Source of the DNA: Eledone cirrhosa
Taxonomy: Eukaryota
DNA: 64,000 bases
Direction of reading: 5' to 3'
Assembly (NCBI GenBank): GCA_964016885.1
Contig: OZ024740.1
Coordinates: forward strand, 304,606,001 to 304,670,000
A model generated the notes under the pieces. The model was not told the origin of the DNA. It saw only the letters and a list, made by a program, of their open reading frames with translations, and did not search any database. Both the position numbers and the translations under genes were made by a program. The stretch's first letter is position 1; the number at the start of each line of letters is the position of its first letter. Shown piece after piece: positions 14,425 through 28,351 of the stretch.

Positions 14425-14620
14425 TGGTGATCATGGTGTTTTGATGATGATCATGGTGTTTTGATGATGATCATGGTATTTTGATGATGATCATGGTATT
14501 TTGATGGTGATCATGGTGTTTTGATGGTGATCATGGTGTTTTGATGGTGATCATGGTGTTTTGATGGTGATCATGGTGTTTTGATGGTGATCATGTGTAT
14601 TGATGGTGAGCATGGTGTAT
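14425..14620. repeat. 20-bp minisatellite TCATGGTGTTTTGATG(G/A)TGA, ~10 copies
   Basis: Directly visible tandem units just 3' of the donor at 14380. Confidence 0.92.
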
Positions 14621-15589
14621 TAATGTTGGAGTTCACTAACCTCAAATCATCAAGTCCACTTTAGTGCAGTGGTGCTGGTTAAATTTGTTGAAGTTAGGCT
14701 ACAATGTCAGTGTTTCTATCATGTTTCAAGGCTATGAAAATTCTCGAACTCAGTACTTCATGCTAATGAAGCTCTTATTAATTATACATCCACCACACTT
14801 GCTGCTTACAGTGGTAAACTATAACTATTTATGTATGGTACATATTTATAGTTAGGTAGATTCTGCAATAGAGAATTGCTACAAGCCAATGCAGCACACA
14901 TAAGAGGAATCTTTTTCATCCATCTATCTCTGTCTTACTTTCTTTCTCTCACTCTTTGTTCCTACTACTGTCTTACCTCTACTTTACCATCAAACGTTTT
15001 TCTCATCCCTTTGTAATTTGACCACCAAACTGGTCAGTTCACTCTGTATTGTCTCTCCTTGTCTACTACATTTATTAGTAAACAACAAGGCCATAGCTTG
15101 AACTAACTTCTATTAATCTCTATTATTCTTATGGCCACTCACCTACATCTGTGCTGCATTTGATTGTATATAGAGAGCATGACAGATGGACATAGCTCTT
15201 ATTATGGTATAGATTATATATATATGTAAACGAAGTTAGATATAATATTTTTTTTGTCGATCTTGTTTATACACCCAATATTAGAGTTTTTATGGCTCTA
15301 TCCACTGAGTAGTTCCATCACCAGATCACCCTCTGTCTGGCTAGTGCTTTAATCCAGTAGTTCGCAAAAGGTTATCATGCAAGAATTTCCAGTTGTCCTC
15401 TACATCATATGTATCTAGCTTGTCACCTCTCTCATCAAATACATTCTATAGAGACTTTCTAAACCTATATTTAACCATTTGTCTCCATATTTTTCTGTCT
15501 GTCTATCTTGTGCATATTTTGATTCACTAATAACTAACTTGTTTTGGGCGGTGCATTCTTGTATATAATTTCTTCATGAAATAACTGTC

Positions 15590-15899
15590 TTACTGTAAAG
15601 TGGTCATGTAGGTGTCACAACAAAAAGCACCCTGTCCACACTGTAAAGAGGTCATGTAGGTGTCACAACAAAAAGCATCCAGTCTACACTGTACAGCGTA
15701 GGTGTCATGACAAAAAGCACCTAATACTCACTCTAAATGTGGTTGGCGCTAAGAAAGGCATCCAGCCGTAGAAACTAAGCCAGAAGCAGTTCTGTATGAG
15801 CAAAATACAGTCATCCGATTTGGCTTGTCTCACAATGGAACAGTTTGTCTAACCCATGCTACTGTGGATAATGGGCGTTAAATGGTGATGATGATGATG
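15590..15899 (+). mobile_element. RTE-tailed short retroposon with internal ~42-bp repeats
   Basis: Three copies of gtaggtgtcacaacaaaaagcacc..cactgtaaag, then aaggcatccagccgtagaaa...aacccatgc...(GAT)n. Closely similar to 39570-39880. Confidence 0.75.
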
Positions 15900-16122
15900 T
15901 CTTATTTCAGTAATTTTCTGCTCCTCTCAGATTCCCCCTTTCTTTTTGTTTGTCTGTTGTTTTTTTTCTATTTTCTCCTCTCCCTCTTCAATCTTTCTGT
16001 GTATTAATTCTTGATTTTTTTCCTTGCATATTTTCCTCTCCCAAACACACTTTGTTATTCTTTGTACACCAATATTTTCACCAAAATAAAAAATAAAAAA
16101 AACCCTCTGTTCTGACTTGCAG

Positions 16123-16290
16123 GAAGAATGCTTCCCATCTAAAGGAGTTCTCACATCCTTGTGATGAAGATGTGAAGGGAACGGAGAAAGATATTTCTCA
16201 AACTGGAGGTGAGGCACAGGAGAGGAAAGAGAGGAAAAATGCCAACAAACAAGAGAAGCCTGAGTGTCAGTATGGCGTTGCATGTTACAG
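16123..16290 (+). CDS. APLF: APLF-like gene, exon completing PBZ1 (KNASHLKEFSHP) and starting PBZ2 (CQYGVACYR)
   Basis: Acceptor ttgcag ends at 16122 and donor gtttga starts at 16291, phase 2 at both ends. Splicing gives C-x5-C-x6-H-x5-H, the PBZ consensus. Confidence 0.9.
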
Positions 16291-16879
16291 GTTTGAATGC
16301 TGTTTTTGTTTTACAAAAACTGTTTGGCATTTGGCATGTTTGATGGATGTTTGACAAATAGTATGTCATGAATACTTTACATTATTTCAGTGATTCACAC
16401 TATCTTTTGTTGTTGTTGTTGCTATTGTTGCTGCTGCTGCTACCATATTGTGTTGGGTGTGATGTGTGTTGGGGGAATGATTGTGACATGTGTAGGATCC
16501 TCAGCACTGTGTGTGTGCATGCATGCTTGTATGTTATGTATGTGTGTGTGTATGACTGATGCCTTCTGAGTGAAATTTGGTAGATGGAAGCTACATGATT
16601 ATATATATGTATGTGTATATATATATATATATATATGTGTATATATGTATATGTCGCAATATCCATAGGTGTAAGAAAGGAAAAAGGAAAACAGTGCTCA
16701 AACTGGAAGAGAGCAGAATTATTATATTATTTATTTATTTATGTTCATACATAAATTTGTTACTGTCCATTTATCTTGTCTTACAAGTAAGAAATCAAGT
16801 TGGCTTATGTGTTTGCCTGATTGGTATGTGATCAGGTGGCTTGCCAGTTTCTTCAAATTTTTGTTGCAAATGGTTAGTT

Positions 16880-17330
16880 CATTTGTATCACAGAGTTCCA
16901 AGAGTCTCAGCCCCTATTCATTTCTTGAGCCATAACTATAGCCACCATGAACTCTACTAAATCCATCCTGGTACTGTCCAACATGTCCATTGAAGTCTGT
17001 TTAATCAGTAACTGAAGTTGTCTGTAAAAGTTCCCTATAGAACCTGCCCTTTTGTTCTTTATTCAGTCCTGCCTCTGGTCTATAGGTAGATGTAATTGTC
17101 ATTATTTTGTTTCCTACAACTACCCTAATCTTGATAATTCTGTCACTTTATCTAACTACCCCTATCACCTTATCTCTTCATTTCTCAGCTAGTAGAATGC
17201 CTACACCACCTACCCCATCGCCATTTCTTATCCAGAACAAGTTTGCATCTATGTTGTTTGCCTGTGGGTATTCTCGCTAAGGCACCTCTCCATCTCACTT
17301 CTTGTACACATTATACATCCACGTGTTTCC
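16880..17330 (-). pseudogene. RTE-type LINE AP-endonuclease fragment
   Basis: The minus strand gives QEVRWRGA, GVGILLAEK and DFNGHV-like motifs, broken by stops. Confidence 0.65.
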
Positions 17331-17344
17331 TATATATATGTAGT

Positions 17345-17497
17345 GTACATTAGGAAGGGCATCCAGCCATAGAAACCAAGCCAAAATCACTTCTGTATGA
17401 GCAAGACATGTTCACCTAACCTAGCTTGTCTCACAAAACAGCTTGTCTAGTCTATGCTAGCATGGAAAATGGACATTAAACAGTGATGATGATGATA
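17345..17497 (+). mobile_element. RTE-tailed short retroposon, 5' truncated
   Basis: ttaggaagggcatccagccatagaaaccaagcc...gcatggaaaatggacattaaa(GAT)n. Further + copies lie at ~18520-18685 and ~23410-23523. Confidence 0.7.
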
Positions 17498-17801
17498 CAC
17501 ACATATATACATCTAATCCTTAAAGACACAAGAATTGAGATAGCATGGAAAGGGATGAAGAGATAGTGATAGAGAGTGAAAAAGAGAGGAACATTGCGAA
17601 ACAAAAATATACAAAAAAACAAAAGGGTCTGGAGGTATGTGTTATTGTTAGTTCTATGCTATGCCAGTCAGCCCCTGTTGGTTAGCCTCATATTGAAATA
17701 ATATATATATATATATATCATCATACGTCAGCTTTCCCTGCTAGCAAGGGTTGGAATATATATCATCATCATCATCATCATCATCATCATTTTTATGTCA
17801 T

Positions 17802-17840
<39 letters not shown>

Positions 17841-17849
17841 GAAAGTAAG

Positions 17850-18180
17850 GTAAGATAAAGACCCCCTTCAGTCACGAATGAGCATGGGATTTGCTCCTAG
17901 AAAGCTCTCCTTCGAGATGCAAGTCCAGGCATGGTTGTTTGTGGAAGACCAGCAATCACTCATGCATACCAGTTTCCTCTCTCCACACCACCGATGTTGT
18001 CCAAGAGAAAGGCAGTGCCCGATTACAACTAGGCACCAGTGATGTCACAACTCATTTCTACAGCTGAGTAAACTGGAGTGTCTTGCTCAAGGAAACAACA
18101 CATCACCTAGTTTGAGAATCCAACTCACAACCTCACGATTGCAAGCCCAACGCTCTAACCACTAAGCCATGCACCTTCAC
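17850..18180 (-). mobile_element. tRNA-derived CORE-type SINE
   Basis: Reverse-complement homolog of 46282-46590, with a tRNA-like head (tggcttagtggttagagcg...gtgagttgga) and a ccttgagcaagacac core. Confidence 0.75.
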
Positions 18181-19744
18181 CATATATATATGTAAATGTG
18201 TGTGCATGTATATATATATACACACACAGTACACACTGTAAAGTAGTTGGTGTTAAAAAGACTGTTTATTCATATGAATCATGTGCATGACAATCTCCCT
18301 AATGTTCCAATCAGCAGGTTGCCTCCTAGAAACTCCTTGTTGACCCCTATTGTTCCTGTTTTCTATCCCTTCATCCTTCAGATATGTCCCTAGAACCTTT
18401 GCTTAACCTATGTTTAGCAGAGGTGTCTTTTAGTTATAATGAATTCTTTAATGTAAAATATTGAAAGTATTCATCATCTTCGAGTTAGATATATATTGCT
18501 GGTACTACAATAGAATGCACCCAATCCTCCCTGTTAGGTGGTAGTGGTGGTGCCATGATAAAACATCCGGTATATGTAGTGAAGTGGTTGGTATTAGGAA
18601 GGGCATCCAGCTACAGAATCCATACCAGAATGTAACAACACTAACCCATGCAAGCATAGAAAATAGATGGTGATGATGATGTTGATATACAAATATTTCC
18701 TGTCATAGTTGTATACAGTCTATATATATATATATATATACATGAATATTTTTGTGCTCTTGTGGATTTTTGTGTGCTAAACTATGAGGATACTGACTGT
18801 TTCAATTGATGAAATTGTGAGTACTTTAATGTTTTCATATGTTAATCTGTCGATACAAAAATTACACTGTTTTTATAGCTTAGGCTTCTGGCTAGGAATG
18901 TTGTATTACAATTAATCCTATGTATGTGCTCCAAATGATTTGTTGAGCAAATTGTAAACAACAAGATCGAAATCACTGGATATTGATCTAAACACTTATA
19001 TATATACATATATAGTTCAAGGAAATGACAAAACAAGAGGTACAAAAAGACTTAGTTTCATGTTTTATATGGAAAAGGGGAAAGAAAGTTCAAAATGTTG
19101 GGCTTAGCTCTTCTTCAGGAGTACAAAAAGAGAGACAGGATCACAAAAAATGGAAACAGTTAGACATACAGCATCTAAAAAGTATTCTACAGCACTTTGA
19201 ATGTACTATCTATCTATTTATCTGTCTGTTTGTCAGACATTTTGCCATGGAAGAGTTAAAAGATGCTGAAATAGCAGAAATCCAGACGTATCTGACCCTC
19301 AACAAACCAGAGAATTACTGGAGAAAAACAGCATACACATACACACAATGTACAACAGACACATATCAATGAAAGGCGCCTTTACAATGTAGAGTCTATG
19401 TGGTTACTCGTCTTGCTAGAAGTAACAGCTGAATCTCCCTCAATTTACATCTTACCATCTTAAAAAAAAAAGGAAGAGATGCATTGGATAATATAGTCCT
19501 AGATAAATGATTCCAGAAAACAAGATGGGGTGGTCATGAGTGGAAAGCCATTAATCCTATTTCTGCTATATCAGGGCTGACCTGGAGCTAAACAGCAGCA
19601 ACAGCAACAACAACATTGTACAATAAACATATACACTCCTACAACTAGATATATACAAATATAAACTTATATACACATTACATACATACACAGATAGAAA
19701 CTTGTTTACACTAATTTGCCTCTTTTCTTCTATCTCTATGTTGT

Positions 19745-21515
19745 GGTCTATGTCTATCTAAACACCTGTTGGTATGTGGTATGTGTGTGTTTGTGTTTAT
19801 TGTCTATGTCGCTCTAAACACCCATTGAGGTGTGGTTTGTGTGAGTTTGTTATCTATATATATCTAAACACCTGTTGGTGTGTGTTTGTGTTTGTTTTCT
19901 ATATATATATAAACACCTGTCGGGATGTGGTGTGTTTGTTTTCTATATATATCTAAACACCTGTTGGTGTGTGGTTGTGTTTGTTATCTATGTCTTACTG
20001 AACACCTGTTGGGGTGTGTTTGTGTTTGTCGTCTATGTCTATCTAAACACTTGTAAGTGTGTGTATGTTTGTGGTTTTTATCTATGTTATCTACACACCT
20101 GTTGGGGTGTGGTGTATGTGTTTATGCCTATCTAAACACGTGTTGGGGTGTGGTGTGTGTATCTTTGTCGTCTATATCTATCTAAACACCTGTTTGGGTG
20201 TGGTGTGTGTGTGTATCTTTGTTATCTATATCTATCTAAACACCTGTTGGTGTGTGTTTGTGTTTGTTTTCTATATATATCTAAACACCTGTCGGGATGT
20301 GGTGTGTTTGTTTTCTATATATATCTAAGCACCTGTTGGTGTGTGGTTGTGTTTGTTATCTATGTCTTACTAAACACCTGTTGGGGTGTGGTGTATGTGT
20401 TTATGCCTATCTAAACACCTGTTGGGGTGTGATGTGTGTATCTTTGTCGTCTATATCTATCTAAACACCGGTTTGGGTGTGGTGTGTGTGTATCTTTGTC
20501 GTTTGTATCTATCTAAACACCTGTTGTGTGTGTGTGTGTATTTGTCGTCTGTGTCTATCTAAACACCTGTTGGGTGTGTGTTTGTGTTTGTTTTCTATGT
20601 CTATCTAAACACCTGTTGGTGTGTGATGTGTGTATCTTTGTCGTCTATGTCTATCTAAACACGGTGTGTGGTGTGTCTGTGTTTGTCGTCTATGTCTATT
20701 TAGACACCTGTTGGTGTGTGGTGTGTGTGTATTTGTCTGTGTCTATCTACACACCTGTTGGTGCTTGTGTTTGTGGTCTATGTATATCTAAACACCTGTT
20801 AGGGTTTGGTGTGTTTGTGTTTGTTTGATATCTATATATATCTAAACACCTGTAGAGGTGTGTGTTTATGTTTGTCATCTATGTCTATCTAAACACCTGT
20901 TAGTGTGTGGTTGTGTTTGTCATCTATGTCTATCTAAACACCTGTTAGTGTGTGGTTGTGTTTGTCATCTATGTCTATCTAAACACCTGTTAGTGTGTGG
21001 TTGTGTTTGTCATCTATGTCTATCTAAACACCTGTTAGTGTGTGTTTGTGTTTGTCGTCTATGTATATCTAAACACCTGTTAGTGTGTGGTGTGTTTGTG
21101 TTTGTCATCTATGTATATCTAAACACCTGTTAGTGTGTGCTGTGTTTGTGTTTGTCGTCTATGTCTATCTAAACACCTGTTAGTGTGTGGTGTGTTTGTG
21201 TTTGTCGTCTATGTCTATCTAAACACCTGTTAGTGTGTGGTTGTGTTTGTCATCTATGTCTATCTAAACACCTGTTAGTGTGTGTTTGTGTTTGTCGTCT
21301 ATGTATATCTAAACACCTGTTAGTGTGTGGTGTGTTTGTGTTTGTCATCTATGTATATCTAAACACCTGTTAGTGTGTGCTGTGTTTGTGTTTGTCGTCT
21401 ATGTCTATCTAAACACCTGTTAGTGTGTGGTGTGTTTGTGTTTGTCGTCTATGTATATCTAAACACCTGTTGGTGTGTGCTGTGTTGTTTATGTTTATCT
21501 AAACACCTGTTGGTG
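19745..21515. repeat. Degenerate 39-45-bp minisatellite CTATCTAAACACCTGTT(A/G)GTGTGTG...TTTGTCGTCTATGT, ~40 copies
   Basis: Recurring ctaaacacctgtt anchor with variable TG-rich linkers. The array is more homogeneous at 20870-21470. Confidence 0.95.
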
Positions 21516-22157
21516 GTGGTGTTTGAGTATATACTTGTCTGTTTGTATGTAAATCTATATGAATTTGTCTATCTTTTTGTTCATCTACACATATACATAT
21601 GTATATATGTATACATATATGCATATATACCCAGTTATCTGTTACTATGCATACACACAATTATAAATATATACATGCACTTATGTACATGCACTAACAC
21701 CATGTACATTTTCACATGCACACGCTTTCATATATCTATTCATAATAATGCACACATACACATGTATATGTCTATCTACAATTATGTATGAAGCTGCCAG
21801 TTTGCCTATTTATTTGATTGCCACTCTATCCATCTATTCATCCATTCTTATATCTATGTCACTATGTATATGTTTCTATTTCTATTTATATGTCTATCTA
21901 TGTATTGACTTATGCATATCTATGTCTATTTATATGTTCATATACATCCCTCTGTCTATATGTTTGGCACTTTATTATATTTCTATATCATAGTTGATAT
22001 ATTTATGTGTGTGTGTGTGTGTGTGTCTGTCTATTTGTATTGGGTAGATTGAAGAATAAGATGAATTTAATCTTATGGTGATAAATCTAACATTATATAT
22101 AATATTGAAAAGTAAGAATTGGAGTTGAATGGTAACAAGTGAAAATTTAATGCCACC

Positions 22158-22278
22158 AACAAAACAAAACAAAACAAAACAAAACAAAACAAAACAAAAC
22201 AAAACAAAACAAAACAAAACAAAACAAAACAAAACAAAACAAAACAAAACAAAACAAAACAAAACAAAACAAAACAAA
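22158..22278. repeat. (AAAAC)n microsatellite
   Basis: Perfect pentanucleotide run of ~120 bp. Confidence 0.98.
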
Positions 22279-22399
22279 AAAAATTTTTACAATTACTGGT
22301 GGCAAAATTACTAATTTTCCCATTATTAAAACTTACTAAGCATATAGTTCTTATATAAAACTGTGACTGGAATAGGCTTACATCTCTGCCATTTGTCCC

Positions 22400-23097
22400 C
22401 TTGGTTACCCCCATGCACCTTTCTTTGTAGAAGATGCACGGGGATAACTGAGAGGAAGAGAGCCAGTGATGTAAACCTTTTCCAATCACAGGAAGGACCC
22501 AAAGAAGTGGTTGATAGCTTCTGCTATCTAGGCGATGTAATTAGCAATGGAGGAGGGTGCTCTGAGAGCATAATAGCGAGAATAAGGATAGGAGAGAAAA
22601 AGTTCAGAGAGCTACTCTTACTGTTGACCATAAAAGTCTTCGCCCTACGTACAAAAGGACGACTGTATGACGCCTGTGAAACATGGGCTGTGATTGCAAA
22701 GGACGTGTAGACTGGAGAGAATTGAAGCAGCCATGTTCCGTTGGATGTGCAATGTCAGTGTGAGAGAAAAGTAGAGCCTAAATGAACTGAGGGAGAAGCT
22801 GGGTTTAAGACAAATCCGAGGTGGTGTGCAGGAGAGAAGACCATGTCCGTTTGGACATGTAATGTGCATGGACAATGACCGTTGGGTGAAGAAATGCCAG
22901 GAAATGCCGGTGGAAGGAAGCCACAGTAGAGGTAGACGAATGAACACCTGGTCAGAGGCTGTGAGTGCTGGCCTCAAATCACTGAGACTTACAGAGGAGA
23001 TGACAAAGAAATGGGGCAAGTGGAGAGATTCTGTGCTGAGAAGGACTCGTCCAACCCATGCAAGAACGCTGACGTAAAAACAATGATGATGATGATA
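22400..23097 (+). mobile_element. RTE-clade LINE 3' fragment, decayed
   Basis: EVVDSFCYLGDVIS, KGRLYDA, FGHVMCMD and GRRMNTW motifs with frameshifts. Ends in ccaacccatgcaag...(GAT)n. Confidence 0.88.
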
Positions 23098-24639
23098 GAA
23101 CCTAGGAAATTTGTTTTGCAAAAGAAAAAAATCTATAGCTTACGTTGATTATTGACAAAAAAATTATATTTTAATTATTTCTAGGATATACTGTATATAC
23201 TCATATAAGCCAAGAAATATGTGAGGAAAAAAAAAATCAATAGTAAAATGGGGGTTGGCTTCGAGGTCAATATTTCGCCAATTTTTACCAAGTATCTTGT
23301 GATTGGAAAATTAACTTCTTACTGTAGCAATATGGATAAGATAGGAAATGCATTGTGTGTAACATTTTAAAAGTTACAGTTGGATATATATATAAATATA
23401 CAAAGGTTGAGGTTGGTGTTAGGAAGGGCATCCAGCTGTAGAAATCAAGCCAGCATCAGTTCCCGTCCCACCCTTGCAAGCAGGGAAAAAGCGGACGTAA
23501 AATGAAATGATGATGATGATGATACAAACATATATTGTGGTTGGTTATGTTGGAAGATTTTAACACTTAGTTTCCTGTACTGCATGAAACCACATTAGTA
23601 AAACATTCTTTAAAAGTTTAAAGCAGAACTATGGACTGCATCATTTAAAATACTAAATTGTTTATGTTAATACTGTAAATTTTGACAACGATCTGTCATT
23701 CTAATAAAGGTTACTCCAAATATTTGACTAAAAAAATCTATTTTTAGATATTTTCTGCTAAATCAAAATAGGATGTTAAGAGTTAATTTATTTAGGAGTC
23801 CTTTTAAATGGGTGGTTGTGTTTCATAGAACCAGAAGCAGTTTTAGCCAGGTTGGCACCAAAAGGGTTAAATCAAAATTGGTGGGAGAGGTAACCAATTC
23901 TAAACTACTCTTCATTCTTTTTCTTTTCCTTCTTCATCACCATCACTTAATCAATTTCCCTATCCTTATTCTTAGACTGCCAACCAAATTCTAGCTCTAA
24001 TGTAGAAAATTTCATACTACTCAGTCAAATTTTATACGACATCAAGTCCTATTAAATAAAGAAAATGAATTTCTGTTCCCACTGCCTATGTAAAACCCAC
24101 CTACAAGATTAACCCAAGCATATAAATAACTTCAACTACTAAAACAACTGTAGTCTGACAGACTCAGCTACAAGTAAAACTTCAAAGTCACTGTTAACCT
24201 TTTTCTTCTAAAAAAATATTTGATACTCAACTTATATATATGAAGTACTCATTCAGTTAATGTTTAGAATTATACTTACAATAAAATATGTACTCATTAC
24301 CAACTCACACTTTTCTGGCTGCACCTCTATACATGCCTTGTAAGTATAACTCTAAATAATGATTTCTGATTGAGACACAAGGCCAGCAATATATGTATAT
24401 ATATCATCATTATTTTATGTTCGCTTTTCCCTGTTTGAAGGCAGGCAGAGCTCAGTTCTCAGTCCATTTCTGTTTACCATTGTTCTTTGGACCATAGCTG
24501 AGGAGTTTTAAGTCTGGCACTCCATGGGATCTGCTGTGTGCCTTGACCTAGTCTTTATAGCTGAATCTGTAAAAAAGGTTGTATCAAAATTCCAGACATG
24601 GAAGAAAAATCTAGAATTCAAAGGCCTAAAAACACATAT

Positions 24640-24960
24640 ATATCATCATCATCATCATCATTGTCGTTTCAATGTCCGCTCTCCTTGCTAGCAAGGGTTG
24701 GGCTGGTCTATACAAACCTAATCAGTACAGAGGGCAGAGCCACAGATCTCCCAGGCAGACCAGGGATCTGTGTCTTGCTTATGTACGGTCTCACATTCCA
24801 TTGAGTGTTCAGATGAGGTTGTCATCCGTTTCACACAGAGGGTCCTCCCAACCCTTTGTTTGGCAAGATTTCTATGGCTGGATACTCTTCCTATCACCAA
24901 TGACTTTACAGCATGTACTGGGTGTGTTTATTGTGCAGATCACCAACACTAGTGAGGTTG
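24640..24960 (-). mobile_element. RTE-tailed short retroposon
   Basis: (CAT)n, then ...tttctatggctggatactcttcctatcaccaa. Closely similar to 38190-38490. Confidence 0.7.
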
Positions 24961-25169
24961 TCATATCCACGACACGACTGAAGGGTCTTTCTGATCCTTT
25001 GTTTGGAAAGCACTCCATGACTGAAAGCCCTTCCTATCACCAACCACTTCATGGGGAATGGGGGCTGCTAGGAATGTGTGTGTGTAGGGGTTGAAGTAGT
25101 GATGTTTAGAATAACTGTTAGGGAGTGCTAATGGAAAGAGGAGGGGAGGTCAGGTTACATTGTGTGTTG

Positions 25170-26720
25170 CAGGTTGGGTCTTCTTCAGCACTCCATAGCG
25201 CCAGCCCATGCGGTCTTTAGTTATTTCTGTTGTTAGGTTTAGCTTTTTAAGGTCAGTCTTGACATCTTCCTATGTCTTCCTGGGTATCCCTCGTCCATGG
25301 GTCCCAGCAACTGGGATTTCCCTGCATTTCTTTATGCAGCTGTTATCTTCCATGTGCATCACAGGTCCATACCAACACAGTCTTCTCTTTTGCACACTAC
25401 ATTCAATTCCTCTTATGCCAAGTTTTTCTCTCAGTTTGCTTATGCTATGTCGCTCATGCACACTAACATTGCACTTCCATTGGAACTCACTCGACTCATT
25501 TTTTTCTAGCCTCCACAGGTCTTTTGCAGTCAAGGCCCATGTTTCACTGCCATATAGCATTCCAGTTTACACACAGGCATCATAGAGTTTACCCTTCACT
25601 CAGAGAAAAGCATTTTGTTATTAGCTCTTCCAGCCTGTTCTTATCCTAGCTATCACACTTTTAAAGCATCCACGCCCACTGCTAATTTGATTACCTAGAT
25701 AGCAAAAGCTACCTACAACTTCTAGAGAATCCCCTGGCAGCTGAGGGTATCTATTTTATGTGTGCTCTTTGTGCTTACTTCCTCTGTGCATCTGCCTCAT
25801 ATAAAGTCTATATTTTCTGTTAGCCTACCTGCAATCCCACTACATCTCTTGTGAGTCTATACTTTACATTCTGTGCATCTTATGGAATTTCTACCCATCA
25901 CTTTCTGGCATATTGAGCATGGCCACTTTCTTGTCTTCTTTCCTACTTATTAAGACTTTATCTTCACTAAATTTATTTTTAGGCCTTTCAGCTTTAAGTT
26001 CTTCTTCCAAGCTTGAAATTTTGCTTCTAGCTCTCTTACGAACTCAGCTATGAGGACTAGGTCGTCAGCATAAAGGATCTCCCATGGAGTGTCAGTTTTA
26101 AACTTGTTACTGATAGCCTGAAGTACAATGATAAATAGGAGTGAACTGATGACTGAGTCCTGGTGGATACCCACCTGCACTTCAAATGCATCACTGTACT
26201 CACTTCCAACCCTCACCCTGCTGGTTGCTCCTTTATACATTACCTGCATGGACCTCACAAACCATTCATCAACACCTAGCTCCCTAAGTGTCCACCAGAT
26301 TATAGAGCATGGGACTCTATGAAAGGCTTTCTTCGGATCCACAAATACTAGATACAGTGGCTTACTCTAAGCTAAGTACCCCTCCAGAAAAAGTGCATCA
26401 ATAGTACCCCTACATAAATTACATTTCATCTAACTTGATTCTGTCCCTGATTAGTTGTGCTATAACCCTTTCAGCAACTTTCATGCCCTGTTCCATCAGC
26501 TTGATGCCTCAGTAGTTACTTCTCTCTAGTACATCTCCTTTGCCCTTGTAGAAATTTACAATGGCACTGCTGCACTAGTTGTTGTACATCCTGTACTACT
26601 TGATTAACTATGCATCTGACTAGCTCATATTTTACCATGCTAGATGCTTTTAGCATCTCAGTGACTATAATGGTTGGTCCGGCCGCTTTCCCTATCTTTA
26701 TGTCCTTAATTGCTTTATTA
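25170..26720 (-). mobile_element. RTE-clade LINE reverse-transcriptase fragment, decayed
   Basis: ORFs 25950-26342 (DPKKAFHRV, GIHQDSVISSLLF, ILYADDLVL) and 25270-25560 (LYGSETW, LCWYGPV), interrupted by stops and frameshifts. Confidence 0.92.
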
Positions 26721-26924
26721 TACTGCTGTTCACTTTAATGGCTGGTCCTTCCTCCTTTATTCTCTGTCGTACATTCTTACTGTTTTTTATAATCCTCTTT
26801 TGTTTGTTGTATATTTTTGTTTCGCAATGTTCTTCTTTTTTTCACTCTCTATCACTATCTCTTCATCTCTTTCCATGCTATTTCAATTCTTATGTCTTTA
26901 AGGATTAGATGTGTATATGTGTGT

Positions 26925-27208
26925 ATCATCATCATCATCATCATCATCATCACTGTTTAACGTCCATTTTCCATGTGCCCAGTGTGTACTGGGCAATTTT
27001 TGTCATGTCACCTACACAACCACTTTACAGTGTGTACTGGGCACTTTTTGTCATGTCACCTACACAACCACTTTAGAGTGTGGGTTGGGTGCTTTTTGTC
27101 GTGACACCTACCTGACCACTTTTCATCGTGTACTGGGTGCTTTTTGTTGTGACACCTACACGACCACTTTACAGTGTGGACTGAGTGCTTTTTGTTGTGT
27201 CACCAACA
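26925..27208 (-). mobile_element. Short-retroposon remnant with 5-6 tandem ~48-bp units
   Basis: (CAT)n tail plus repeated cagtgtgtactgggcactttttgtcatgtcacctacacaaccacttta. Confidence 0.65.
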
Positions 27209-28351
27209 TGTGTAATATATATGTGTGTATCTTTAACCTCTTCAGTGCCGTAGATGAGATAACTCATCCTAACATGCTAGAACTCCTTTTCAACATTTCA
27301 TAACTGCAAAGTTATGAACTCGTTCCCAAAAGTTCATAACTTCAAAGCTAGATGGGGTTACTAGTTTAGTGATGTGACATTCGTCATTCAAAATAATCAT
27401 TTTACTGAAGAAAAAAAAAACAACCCGGCACAGCAATTGTAGCTGTGTAAAATATACGCAACAGTCATCAGGTTAATATATATGTGTTGTGTTTGTGCCA
27501 TAGTTTGTCGTTTGTTTCTTCAGAGTGTGTTCTTTCTCCGTTAATGTGTGGCAATTGACTTTTCTCTGTATTGATTTGTATAAGAAAAATATCTTATTAT
27601 TTCAAGGGTTCATATAGTGTATATATAGTATATGTTGTCACATCACTGGTAGCAAGCTGCATTGGCAGTTGCCTTTCCCTTGGATAACATTGTTGGCATG
27701 AAGAGGAGAAACCTATATGCATGGGTGACTGCTGGTCTTCCACAAAAACACCTTGCTCGGACTCTTGTCCATAAAATTTGCTGGATGTTGTTAGGCATAA
27801 AGGCATGTATTTAACCCATTACCATACTTCTAATGAAAGACACTGTCTATGTCATTCACTCTTTCATTACCATATTTCTAATGAAAGACACTGCCTATGT
27901 CATTCACTCTTTCACTAGCACATGAAAGACACTGCCTTTGTATCTCAATTGATTTTGAAAATAATCAAGAAATTAATAAAATAACTCACTTTTTCATTAC
28001 TAAGCTGATATTTAAAACATTACATAGCAGAAAACTTCTTAAATAAAATCATGAAGAAAGGATTTAATATTGGTGCAGTGGACTGACTGAGCTACACTGC
28101 AAGAACCAACAATCAGACATATGAGAGTTTTGTATATTCTGGCATGGTTCATACTAACAGTGTGTAATATACTCCAAGAATTAGTGCTATTTTCTCTATT
28201 TTAGTGAGGAATTTACTGAGTTAATCCTGTTTCATTTTTCAGTATTTAGACTAAATGGACATTATCTTTCAGTATGTTCTTGGGGGATAACATAGGGAAT
28301 AATAAGATTATGGGATTTGAAAGGCTACACAGTGACATGGGTTAGGGGATA

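Noticed and set aside
19774-21993. Cys/Val-rich repetitive ORFs resembling metallothionein or keratin-associated proteins
   Set aside because: They are translations of the TG-rich minisatellite, open in several frames at once.
21975-22489. FCFVL / KQNKT repeat ORFs
   Set aside because: They are translations of (AAAAC)n.
25170-26720. Active or domesticated reverse transcriptase
   Set aside because: Multiple stops and frameshifts mark it as ordinary LINE decay.
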